From Lama guanicoe (taxonomy: Eukaryota), in assembly GCA_013239625.1 (NCBI GenBank), contig MU053304.1, positions 1,798,001 through 1,862,000 on the forward strand: DNA of 64,000 bases, read 5' to 3'. Position 1 is the stretch's first letter. The number at the start of each line of letters is the position of its first letter. The notes beneath the pieces were generated by a model, which was not told the DNA's origin, ran no database searches, and saw only the letters and a program-made list of their open reading frames with translations. Shown here piece after piece: positions 23,809 through 36,133 of this stretch. The position numbers and the translations under genes were made by a program.

Positions 23809-23954
23809 TACAGTGTCTTAAATAGGAATGCATTAAGTGCGCCTATAAGGACTTTAGTGATTAAGTTATGTCAAATTTTCTTGTCTTATGGATGAGAAAA
23901 ACAAAGATGGGACAGATTTAAAAACCAGACCAGATCAGAGATCTTCCACATTGT

Positions 23955-24480
23955 ATTTATTAGTTAGATCTTTCTAGACTGCAAGCAACAGAAAATTCAA
24001 TTCAAATAGCTTAAGCAACTGGAAGTCTGTAGGTTTATGTGACTGAAAAGTGTAGGCATTGTATTGTCAGGTCTCAAATAGTATCACCTGGGCCATGAGT
24101 CTCCTCCTCTCTCGGCCCTGCTTTCCTCTGCTTTGAATTTATCCTCAAATTCCAGACGGTGTCCCCTGGCAGCTCCGGGCTCACACCATCCTTCATACCA
24201 GCAACTCCAAGGGAACAGAGAGCCTCTCATTCCAGTTGCTCTGGAAAATTCTGAGATTAGCTCTGGTCGATTTCTTTGGGTCACACGTGCGTCTCTGAAC
24301 CAATCATTGTGGCTTGCGGTTGGTTTCTGCTGAATGTCCATGCCTGGGTCACGTGTCCAGCACAGGACTAACCCCAGTCCAACCACATGGACCAAGATTG
24401 GGAGGAGGGCTTTTCTTAAGGAAATTGGGACACTATTTTCAGAACAAGGGGTAGTAGCTGTTGAGAATGAAGTCAACAGA
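23955..24480 (-). mobile_element. MLT1 (MaLR, I/J-like) LTR
   Basis: tattagttag...ctgcaagcaacagaaa..caattcaaatagcttaagc; ttgggtcacacgtg..tctctgaaccaatcattgtgg. Confidence 0.6.
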
Positions 24481-25249
24481 TTCCCAATATGCCCACAGCC
24501 CTTCTCTTTATGACTATTCTTCATATTTGAATGATGTTTCACCAAAAATGAATTCCTTCTCTCTACCTCTTTGCATCCATTGATGTCTCCTGGGGATTTC
24601 CTGGAAGGGCACGTCTTATGGTGGCTCTGTGTAAATTTTGTCACCATATTAATCTCTATCACTCTTCTTTTAAGTGATTTTAATATCCTGCATTGGAGAG
24701 TGTATTTGGATCAGGTAGTTTCAAAGTATTGTAACATATGACAGTTTTACAAAATGTGAATGCGTTTCAATATCTGGTATTCCAGAACTGTTTAGAATTA
24801 TTTATTTGTTATGCATTTCATCTTGATGATGCAGATATTTAAATTGATAGCAGGATCACAGGTGATGATGAGCTGAAGTTCCCTCATCAGCTCCTGAAGC
24901 AAAAGCGATCATTCCAGGGATTGGAATAGGTCAGTGGTTGATATGTAGTGGGAGGCATGAGACTTGGAATCAGAAGACCCAGGTTCTTTCTTGGCCACTT
25001 ACTAGGATAGAGAAAGAGTTTATGTCTTGTGGGAGAGGCGTTCACACAGCTGACTCAAAAAGAGGACTTCAGATCAGTCAATCCGTCAATGGCGGAGAAT
25101 AGGCAAGTCACCTGTGTGGAAGAATCTCAGGTAATTCATGGATGTACTCCTTCCTCGGGAGTGAGCCTTCCTCCCCTTCCTTACCTGTGGATTGTGCATA
25201 GTGACTGCCTTCCAAAGAACGCAGTGTGCCAAGGCAGGGAGGAGGGCAG

Positions 25250-25795
25250 CCTTAAGAGCAGCTAGACAAGTACTCAGCCAGGTCAGCATCAACAGTGATA
25301 AGTCATGTTAGTTGCATGTGCCCTTGACATGATGTGATGAAAATGGCGCCTTACTTCTGTGGTATTCCTCTCCCTAAGTCTGTAATCCCAGTCTAATTGC
25401 AAGAAAAATGGCCAAGTCCTAATTAAGGGATGTTCTACAAATCAACTGACCATTACTCCTCCGGACTGTCAAGGTCATCAAAAACAAGGGAAGCCTGAGG
25501 AAGAAACTGTCACAGCCAAGATGAGCCTGAGAAGCCATAACAGCTGCCTGTCATATGGGATTCTGGAACAGAAAAGGGACACGAGGAAGAAATTAAGGGA
25601 ACCTGAAGAAAGAATGGACTGTAGTTGGTTTAATTGTCAATATTGGTTCATTAATTGTGACAAAAGCAGATGCTAATGTAAGATGTTAGTTATAAGAGAA
25701 ATCAGTTGTGGGATGTACTGTAACTCTCTGTACTCTTGTCACAGCTTTTCTGTGCATCCAAAACTATCCTACAATAGAAACGTTTACTGAAAGAA
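25250..25795 (+). mobile_element. L1MC/MD-type 3' UTR fragment
   Basis: ctgtcaaggtcatcaaaaacaaggg...gggattctggaacagaaaagggac...caatattggttcattaattgtgacaaa. Confidence 0.75.
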
Positions 25796-26074
25796 AATGA
25801 GCTTCACTCGCGTCAGCAATAAACATTTTATCAAACGCTGGTTCCACCCAGGCCCTGGTACTGGGCGAACCGAGTGAATGAGATGTGTTCTCCGCACCTG
25901 GCTGTTAGCAGGCAGGTAGGAAAGTAGGCTTAGGGAGGTTAAACGATTTGCCCAAAGCTACTCAGATTGTAGGAGAGCAAAGGACTGTCATTCCTTGAGA
26001 CCCGGAACCAGACATCTGTAAGGCATATCTTGCTTTATAGGCAAAAGGGAAAAACATTCCTTCCCATCTCCATC

Positions 26075-26256
26075 GGTGATCCTCAACCGTGGCTACACAT
26101 TGGGTGGGCCCTAAGTGGGCTTTGAAAGTGCAGATGCCAGGGTCCTACTGCACACCTATCACATCGGAACCACAGTGGGTGGTGTCTGAGCAGTGTATTA
26201 ACAAAGGAGCACCCCTGGGTGATTCTGATGTGCAGCTGTGGTCCAGGACCACTGGC
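26075..26256. mobile_element. MER5-like MITE
   Basis: tcctcaaccgtggctacacatt...gcagatgccagggtcc...ccctgggtgattctgatgtgcag...gaccactg. Confidence 0.6.
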
Positions 26257-28552
26257 CAGGATATTTGTTGAGGCCACAGAGCACATTTTTTGTGTTACTC
26301 CTTTTTCTTCTGGAATGTCACTTTTCTTCTGCTTTCTTGGTTGAGAGCTTGGTTTGGTTTCTTCCACTAATATTGGTCTGCTCTGAGACAAAGTAAGCCT
26401 TTCCTGAAAAGTGTGGCAGGGTTAGGACTGGCAACGATCAAATTAAATTGGCGATTCTATGTTATTGTCCTGTCCTCATAGGCAGGCCCTTCACTCTGTG
26501 GACCTGGGGATTTGAATCTTGGTTCTGTGGCCTTGAGCAAGTTACTTACCACCTCCGAGCCTCACTTCTCTTAACTCTGAATTAGACCCAGTCAGGTGTA
26601 TCTCTTCCGGTTACTGTGGGGCTGACAGCAGTGCAGGTTTCGTCTGAACTCATGGAGGGCTTTGATCTGTCCTTTGCCAACTTTTTTTCTGTCCACCAGG
26701 AACTTTCCTTCTCCATAAGGAAGAATTTCCCAAAGTTTTTCTTTCTTTTCTTTTTAAAAAGAAATTTCCTCATGCATTTTGCTCTAAAGCCTGTAGGAAA
26801 TGGACTCAAATATTTGCAGAATTAGCCAATATAGTGTCTACAAAGCATCTAAGGATGTACTTTTCTTGGTTCCTTTAATCTGGACCCTCTAAAAGCAACT
26901 AGAAAAGAAGTTTGTTTTTATTTGCTTTGCTCTGCCAGGATGATTGGAATAGATTAGTGAAAATGACTTATTTGTCTCTGTCATCCTTGTGTTGAATTTT
27001 AATGAGAATCATGACAGTGGGAGGCTAGTCGTCTTCAGACAACTCTATGGTTTGTGGTTCGCTATTTCCACTGATGAGAACAGTTGTGGCCTCCAATTGC
27101 TGACTTAAGATACGTCACAAGGGCCAATATTATAGCACAAATGAAGGAAGCATTTTGCTCGGATCTACATGACTTGTAATGATCTCCCTCAAGGCTCAAA
27201 ATTGGATCCGTTGCTTTGTGTCCCAAATTTCAGTTTTTGTTGCTGGAGAGGAAGTTAGATACCTGTTATGTGGTTGCCTGAACCAGATCAGCTGGGTTTT
27301 GCCTCTTAATTCCCTCTTCGCATTATTTTCTGTAGAATTTGACAAATGATGAATGAACATGACGCATTGTTGTCTTGCCTGCGTTTCTCTGGGGGAAATT
27401 ACTGGAGTTAGTTGGCTGCATGGTTGACGACTTGGCTGATACCTGAGATCGGAAAAGAAACTTTAATGGGGAGTTGATCATTTGGAAGAGTTACTCGTAG
27501 ACATTCTGAGACTACAGTGACCCACTGAAGGGAAATTGTTGCAGCCTTCAAATATAATTAGTCCAGTTACGCTTGCCAAAAGTGGTTACATTTAGGGATC
27601 CTGTGTTTGAACAGAGGAACAAACTTGTGGGTCTTGGTCCCAGGGTGCTAGGCTAGAAAGAGTTCCAGGTGGGGAGTGAGGAGGCTAGATTGTGTCGTTG
27701 GCTTGTGGCAGAACCTGTGACAAACCACCCAGCCTTTCTGGCACTAGTTATGTAATCTCAACGATGGAAGATTGGCTTTTGAGTTTTCTGAGGTTCCGTT
27801 GAAAGCGGTGATCTGTGGGAGCTCTTACATTTGTCCCGTAGAGCCAGAGAGGGCCTTTGGTGGTGTCTGCACCCTCTGCTGTCCCAGCACCTCCGGTCAC
27901 CGGGAGTGCGCATGTCTGGGGACCGGCTCTCAGAATGCAGGAAGCGCCAAGGGAGTTTCACACTAGTAGGTGGTGGCATTTCCTCTTCATCCAATTTGAG
28001 TTAAATGGGTCCAACATTTTTTTTTCCTGGCTTGCGTTTCTGTCGGGTTGTATCTCCAGCGCTTGCTGGTGTGCTGATGTGAACACTCGGCTCGCTTCTT
28101 GTCTTCCAGGATATTTTAAGGCTAAGAGAAATTGTGTGAAGAAACACATTTCAAAATGGTTTTAAACTTTGCATATGTTTAAATGGGTTTTCACAGGGGA
28201 AATATGTCTAAACTTTTGCATCGTTAGAAAATCATGGCTCTGCCAAAGCCACCTACCTGTTTGGCGGCTGTGGAGAAGCAGGGTGGGGACCAGCTAACTC
28301 TCTACGCGGTGGAAGGAGACAGCTCTGACCCCTCCCTGAGGGGGCCAAACCTTGGACTTAAGCTAAACTTGGATTCTTGAATCTGTTTAAAATACGTGCT
28401 CAGGTGACACATGGTCTCATATCTCCCAGGAACCAGTCTTGTAGATTAAACCTTCACATGTGCTAAAGGTCATAGTCTTGGAAACCTGATGTTTCATTCA
28501 GGAATGTTTCATCCTGCTGCCTGGAGGGTCAAGGACCTCATAAGAGTCACGT

Positions 28553-28566
28553 CTACCATCTAGTGG
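28553..28566 (-). promoter_or_regulatory. CTCF-like motif
   Basis: Minus strand CCACTAGATGGTAG, 13/14 to CCASYAGRKGGCRS. Confidence 0.4.
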
Positions 28567-30392
28567 CATCTGCCGCAAAATGCAGACATAGGTCCCCAGG
28601 GCCCCAGAGATGGTTCCTACAGGCTGTGTGTGGCTGTGGCAACAGCCCACACTTGGCTGCATCTTAGTCTTCAGGTCAGTACTGGGGGAAACTCTCTTCT
28701 TCTTCATAAATTTTCATAATTCAGTGGGAAGAGTGGCCTGTTCAGTGTTCCCCAAGCTACAAAAATTCAAAGTTGCACAAATGCTGTGGGAGAATCCAGG
28801 GTGAGAGGGATGAAGTGCCTGTGTAGACATGTGTAAGGACCTGAGAGAAGTCTAGGCTTCAAGGTGACTTGACGTGACCACGCACGTCTGGACAGGACTA
28901 GACTTTTCCGGGAAGGTCCATTTGGTGTGTGCTGTCACAGGAGGGGCTCACAACACCCAGATGGTACTATTCTGGTGAAATATGTTTGGGAAGACTATTA
29001 TTTGAGTTTGACGAAAGAGGAGGAGTTTCCAGCCAGTGTGTCTGCTGATGTGAGTTTACTACGGCAGGAGACTGGCACAGATTCTACGGCACGACTAAAA
29101 CTTGCCAAACTCTTGCTGGCCAATTTTAATTACCAGCCAGACTAAGAGGACAGACAGAGAGAAAAGAAAAGACGATAGTTAAGATAAAGTTGACTGAGAA
29201 TCCATCTGGAGACCATTTTGGCCCAAAGCAGTGCCAGATATACAAATATTATGGGAAATTACTCTATTAGCCTTATGACTAAATTTGGCAGCTACTGATA
29301 TTAAAATATTGTGACAGATTAAAAATTTCAAATTGCATTAAAAATATACCCCCAGAAGTGAATTGGGCACTTATATTAATGTTGGATTGTAGAAAATGGT
29401 TTATTTTTCTGGAAAGCACTTAGACCATATGGATCAAGAACCTTAACTTAAAGTCTTTTGACTCTGTAACACCTCTTCTAGGAGTTTGTTCTTAGAAAGT
29501 TGTTGGAAATTTGAACAAACTTTTATAAATGGAGATAGTCATCATAACATTATTTGCGATAGTCCCAAGCTGGAAAACACCTAAGCGTCAAGTTAATAGG
29601 AGAATGTTTAAAAAATGGTGTAGTTCTGTGATGGAATCTTATACAGACATTGCGAAAGATATCTTTAAAGACAACTTGTGTTCTTGATGTTACATGAAAA
29701 GGGAAAAAAGATAAATCGAACCAGCACTATAATCACACTTAATTTATTGTGCATAAAATAAAATTGGGATGAAATACACTCTATTCTTTGGCAGAGTGGC
29801 TATAAAAACAATTGAACTCTATACTTTAAAATTATTTAAAAATTTTGGCTTTTTGCAGTGTGTCCACATTTCATTGTGATTCCAAGGGAGTTGATGATAA
29901 AATCCACAGGTAGGGACTTTATCCATGTGGGTATGACTGGGATTTCCACGATTAAAGTCACTTGTTTGGATTAGGTAGTAAGGACTTCCAGAGGGTTAGG
30001 CCATCAGTGGGGGCGGGAGGGTGGCATTAAGCCATCAGCAATCCTTATTCCCCTAACAGGGATTTGTTCTCTGGTTAAGGGAGAGTCTTCACCTTGTGGG
30101 GAGGTGGCAGGAGAGGACAGGCCTGAGCCGGGTTTCTTATTAGGTGGTTAGAGGCAGGTCTGGTGGTCCTGTCCCTGAACAAACACTGAGGGTGGGCTGA
30201 GGCTCAGGATGAGGTGCCAGTACAGAATGGCACCTCTGGGGTTTGCCTGTTGGTTTATTTGAATTTTTGAAATTTCTGCCTGTTTCTTGCCCTTGGGCAG
30301 GTGAAGCTGGCCCAGACTCATGCCTCCATGGACTGTTCTAAGACTCCACCTCTCTGTACCCAGTGCTGGTGAAAGCTGGCTCAGAACCCCGG

Positions 30393-31177
30393 TACATATT
30401 TACAGTAGCCAAGACATGGAAGCAACCTAAGTGTCCATCGACAGAGGATTGGATAAATAAGTTGTGGTATATTTATACAATAGAATAGTACTCAGCCATA
30501 GAAAAGAATAAAATAATGCCATTTGCAGCAACATGGATGGACCTGGAGATCATCACACTGAGTGAAGTAAGCCAGAAAGAGAAAGAAAAATACCATGTGA
30601 TATCACTTATGTGTGAATCTAAAAAAAGAGACAAATGAACTTATTTACAAAACAGAAACAGACTCACAGACATAGAAAACAAACTTATGGTTACCAGAGG
30701 AGGAAGGGATAAACTGGGAGTTTGAGATTTGCAGATACTAACGACTATACATAAAATAGATAAGCAACAAGTTTCTTCTGTGCAGCACAGGGAACTATAT
30801 TCAATATCTTGTAGTAACCTATAATGAAAAAATATGAAAAGGAATATATGTATAAACATGTATGACTGAAACATTATGCTGTACACCAGAAACTGATACA
30901 ACATTGTAAACTGACTGTATGTCAATTTGAAAAGTTAAAAAAATAAAGGTAAACAACAAGGTCCTCCTGTCTGGCACAGGGAACCACAGTCAATATCCTG
31001 TAATAAACCATAATGGAGGAGAATATGAAAAGGAACATCTAGCTATGTATGTATAACTGAATCACCGTGCTGTACACCAGATACTACCACAACATTGTAA
31101 ACCAACTATACTTCATTAAAAAAACCCCACTAATTCAAAAAGATACATGCAAAAAAAAAAAAAAAAAAAAAAAAAAA
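30393..31177 (+). mobile_element. L1 3' region with duplicated terminus and A27 tail
   Basis: atttacagtagccaagacatggaagcaacctaagtgtccatc...gcagcaacatggatggacctggag. The terminal ~170 bp occurs twice. Pure A27 at 31151-31177. Confidence 0.9.
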
Positions 31178-31479
31178 GAAGAAGAACCTGAGCATGGGGC
31201 CCCAGGTTGACTGAGTGGTACTGGGGTGGGTGGGGGATGGCAAGGCAACAGCGATGCCGGATGAAACCACCACCCCACCAATCAGCCCTCCATTTTGTAG
31301 GGAGTGAAAATGTGAGTGTATTTTCCTGGTAAAACGACTTTTGGAGGCCCCAGCACTTTGGGAGTAGTTAGGAATTTCATGAGGACACAGGCCCCTCTCC
31401 ATCTCCAACCTCCCTCTCACCCCTGCTTACCACGCGCGTCCTGTCCTGGCAGAGGCTCACAACACAAACACATGGGCTC

Positions 31480-31830
31480 TCCTCTGTCTCAGGCCCTTTG
31501 TATGTGAAAGTCCCCCAGAAGCTCCTCTTCCCTTGGCTCTGCCCATGGCTGGCTCCCCTGTGTCCTTAAGATGCCCATTAAACAGCACCTCCTGAGAAAG
31601 TCCTCCTCCGACTGCCTCAAACTGATCTTAGCCTCCTGCTCACTCCCTTCCCAGTTCTTGTCATGACTTAAGAGTCACCTGGTGGTTTACCCCATTCCTG
31701 TCTCTCTACACCCTGGGGAACCCATGAAGACGGTCGCCATGTCTACCAGGTTCCTGGTTGTTCGCTCTGTGCTTGGCATCGGGAGTTGCTCCATGAGTTG
31801 AATGAATAAATCATAAATGAATAAATGAAG
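31480..31830 (-). mobile_element. L2 3' remnant
   Basis: Ends in gttgaatgaataaatcataaatgaataaatgaa; the body resembles a degenerate L2. Confidence 0.55.
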
Positions 31831-32355
31831 AACGTGTTAACTGACTTTTCCGTGTATAGTCACCAAAGAGAATGGAAACGTGCTTGTTGTGCAACATGTG
31901 TTACTTGCTAAGTTCTCTGCACTAGCTGGTTTATCTGTTCCTCTTTGCTGATGATGCTAGTGCGGGTGATGACGACAGCTCACACCGAGTGGGCGGGCAT
32001 GACAGGAAAGGCGCTGTCTTTGTAATTTACATGCAATTTTTCCAACAATGAATGATAAGGGCTATGCTATGAAAGGAACAATGACACTCCGCCTTTGAAA
32101 CAGCCATGGTAAACACTGGTCTCATCATATTTTTGTTCAAATTAGTAAAATTGTATCATACATTTAGTGATTAACTCCAACGTCAAATTCAGGGTGTGAT
32201 ACAAATAAAAGTGGTGACTGATCTTGTGGAATATTCATTTGCATACTTTATTTAGATAGTTTCAGTAATTCTAAAACTTTGAAATAACTGTTAAATTGCA
32301 AACAGCATTATTTTGCCCATGGACCCTTTATCCTTCGTTCTCTTCAGAGCTGTGG

Positions 32356-32368
32356 GTTGCTAGGCAAC
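32356..32368. promoter_or_regulatory. RFX X-box
   Basis: GTTGCTAGGCAAC is the exact reverse complement of the site at 21529. Confidence 0.5.
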
Positions 32369-33104
32369 TGAAGACCAGAGTCCTCTAAACTTGTTGTGTT
32401 ATTACTGCCCAACTGCGGCCCCGGTGGATGGGGAAAAATCAACAAAGAGAAAAACATGCCCCAAAATGATTATAATAATTCAGTGATTATTCCAGTTGCA
32501 TTCTGGAGAATCACATTTATTCCAAACCATATGCTCAGTCTTTTTATTTTTTACTAGGTCACGAGAACAGCTTTTATCTAAATTATCTTTAACTGTGGAT
32601 TCTCATTATAATTCTTCAAAAAGTAAATTATTTTAAATTAGTTTCTGTTGGAAAATAGCCCACATGCTTTGATTTGTGATGAACTGTGGGCTGTAAGTAG
32701 GTCATAATCATGAAGACCAGATTTGATATTTGTTTTTTTTTTCCCTGCAGATTGTGACCTAGGAAAATTGAGGGCAATACACCAGGCATCAGACAGGTCC
32801 CAGTGCCACTTTGTCACTGTCTGGGCAACTATGGGCAGGTTTCTTAAACTCAGTCAGCCTCCATCTTTTCATCTGTAAAATGGAGCCACAAGAGCATCTC
32901 CCTAGCAGGGGAGCTCCTGTAATGGATGCGATTGGAGAAGTGAGGGGTGGCCAGGTGATGGAAGCTTTGTATATTGTGGTCACGTTTTTTATTTCATCTT
33001 TAGGACACTGGGGAGCTTTTGGAGAGTTTATAGAGATCCCTTCTTCCCCACACCTTACCTCACCCCCACTGATAAACGGAGGCTCATTTGGGTCCAGGGG
33101 CTCA

Positions 33105-33610
33105 GGGACCGCTGCTGTGGCCGTTTACTGTTGAGAAAAAAATGACCCCCAAATGTAGTCGCTTAAACTGACAACTGTTTTATTTATTTGCTCTTGAATA
33201 TGTAATTCAGGCAGGACGTCAGCTGGGCCTGCCTGGGCTGGTAGAACACTTGTAGGGCTGAGGGACTGGCAGGAAAGGCGAGTTGGTGCCGGCTTTTGGC
33301 TGGATGCTCCGTGGGACTGTAGCCAAGACCTCTATCTTCCTACATGGGCTGGACTGGGCTTCTCGCAGCGCGGCGGCCCTGGGCTAGTGGGGCTTTTTGC
33401 AGGGCAGCTGGCTTCCCTCAGGGCAGAAAAGCAGAAGCCTCTAGAGCTTCTCAAAGCATCAGCCCAGGACTGGCACCGTGTCATTTCCACTGCAGACTGA
33501 AGGTTGAGGCAGGTCAGAGCTTCAGTCCAGACTTAAGAGGAGCGGTCTGCAAAAGGCCTCAAACATGGGAGGTGTGGGTCACTGACTGCCACCGAAGTAA
33601 CAGTCCACCA
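33105..33610 (-). mobile_element. MLT1 (MaLR) LTR
   Basis: ccccaaatgtagtcgcttaaa...tttatttgctc; ggactggcaccgtgtcatttccactgca. Confidence 0.6.
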
Positions 33611-35944
33611 AAACCATCCCGCACGTTTCCAGAGTTCAGCTGCCAAGTCTCTGGGCATTAAATGCCTCCTTCCCCCTCCCAGCATGCACACATCGTGACA
33701 GTTAAAAATCATGCCTCCACATTACAAAATGCCTCTGGCTGAGAATCACTGGTCATGTAAAGGCTGGAAGGGCTGAGGGTAGGCAGCGTGGCTGTAAAGG
33801 GTACTTAGCAGAGTGCCTGGCAGGGTGAACCTGCTTGTATCATCGCCATCATCACCAGCACCGTCACCACTGTCATCACCAGCACCGTCGTCATCATCCT
33901 TATTTCATCACAGGGTTAGCTTTTCCGGACTGTCCTGATAACCCAATTATTTCCCTTCCCTTCCCTTTTTTCTTCAGGAAAATGTGCTTAGATTTCTAAA
34001 CAAGCAACTTAACAAAATTTTAAGCACTAAATTGCAATATGAGGAAAATGTAGACTCCTTTACCTTGCACTCTCTTTTTTGACATTTATAATTTATGGAC
34101 TTTATAATTTCTTGGTGAATGCCAGATCACTGTTAAAGGTCAAAGTGTCAGGGTGATAAAATACCTGCTTTGGAATTCAGACTTCAGAATTACTCACGGT
34201 GCCATGATTTTCAACCAGTTACTAAACCTTCGGAGCCTCAGTTGCTGCATCCATAAAACGGAGGTGACTAGATATCTGGGAGGGTGGTGGAAGGATTAAA
34301 TAAACTATGTGGGAAAACCACCAGCTGGACCACCTCGCACACAGCAGACATTCAGCTGATGAAGCTCTGTCATTGGTCTGGATTTTAAAAGTATTTGTTT
34401 ATGTATGGTAAGAGCCAAAGTTCATGTTATGCCATCTTACAATTAAGATGTTAAATAATTAGCTACTTCACAGACTAGATTTATTTCCTTAGTCTGCTTG
34501 GAAATAGTTGCCCACCTTTGAATTTTTATAGTTCCATCTAATGGAAAGCAATTACATTTACAGTCCCTCTTCCATCCTTGTGGAAAATCTAGTCTTTCCC
34601 TTGTGGTTGGTGTGTGTTATTGACGCTCAGTCATTCCTGAACTAGCTTCTCTGTCCTGCTTCACGCTTTTGAGATGACGTGACTGGTGTAGCTTTTAAAA
34701 ATGCCACTTGCTTAGCTGATCATATCAGTAAGAAGTACTAAAAATATTAGTGACATATTCATAACTATTTTAATAGCCTCACTGAAATATTTGACTACAG
34801 TTAGATAAGCAAACTTAGGCCAATGAAAAGTGGCCCTTAGTGACAGTAATTAGAAAATATTGAACTTAATGCCAAGGTTTTTGAGAGCTGAATAAATACT
34901 AACCAAACTTTAATTTAAAAATTCTATGTGCACGGTTTTTTAGGAAATTTCAGTCTCTAGTTGGCTGAATTTTATACTGGGATTTGGGGGAAGAGTGTGG
35001 AATAAATGTATAAACTAGTCTTGAAATATGTTCTCACCTGTTCAAATGTCACTTTGCTTCTAAATGCAGTGGAGCCTTCAGCTGTGGCCTTTAGATTTGC
35101 AGTTCTTGGAACTCTCTCCTGCCTTCTCGTGTGCCATCTCCCCGCCCCTCATCTTGCTTACATTTTGAATGATTTCTGTTCCCCTTTAACACGATTTTCT
35201 CTGGAATATGTGCAGAGCATCTGGCAGTCTGTCGTGCCTGTTTCCAATTTCTTGAGATGACATTTATGAAACCAAAAAAAAGTGTATATAATTATAAACG
35301 TATTGCATGATGCATGCTTTTCAGTGGAGGCTATAATATTTGATAACCCGCTGAATGAACGTCATTGAATTCAAATGAGTATGGTAGGGATTCACAAATT
35401 TTGAAAGAATGGTGCTTCCAGGAGAAACTTGTTGAATCTTTCTTACTCCTCTTGGATGACTTTGCATGGCTTCCCCAGGACCCAGGAACTGAGCTGGGTA
35501 ACTATGTGAAGGATGTAGCATTTACCTAAAAAATGACCAAAAACGTGCGTGATGGTTTTTGGTGCTGTGGATGACGAGGAAGGAATTTGTTGTGAGTCAT
35601 GTATTCTGTGGAATACCTGATTCTGTGAGCTTGGGTCCTTTTCTCTACGAGGGACCAAACTCCGTTTTCTAGAATGTAACTGTCTTAAACGAGGTGCAGC
35701 AGGGCGGATAAAGAGGGGCCTTGACCTGCCGTTTTCTCCCTCCCGGTGGTCTGGGGGTCAGTGCTGCTTCTCCGGGCGCTGTCGTTACTGTTACGTAATG
35801 CCTGGTGCCGCTGTGCTATTGCGGTGTCGGGGTGGGGAGTCTGGGGTCTCTGCCTTTGTGTTAGAACTTGGAGGTAGTCTTGTTTCTCAAGGATCATATG
35901 TCCTTGTTTAGGTCAGTTGCCTCTTACAGTTTGCCCCGCGGAGT

Positions 35945-36133
35945 TGTTTCTGGAACTAGCTTGCACCGGTCCGTGAGAGCTGGTTGTTAAATTTCCAGTC
36001 ACTTGGTATCACACTGGTAATTTCAAATCAGCCATGGTGGGAGTGTTTGCACCATAGAAATGAGCAGAGGCTTCGAATCGGAGCTCCCTCCTCCCTGAGA
36101 GCCGACTGTTAAACTTTCACCGCCACACCACTG
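35945..36133. mobile_element. MER63-like hAT-Blackjack element
   Basis: gctggttgttaaa...cagccatggtgggagtgtttgcaccatagaaat...gagccgactgttaaa...cacaccactg; a sister copy lies at 63455-63640. Confidence 0.65.

Noticed and set aside
24084..24662. 192-aa minus-strand ORF
   Set aside because: Largely overlaps an MLT1 LTR; no recognisable protein features.
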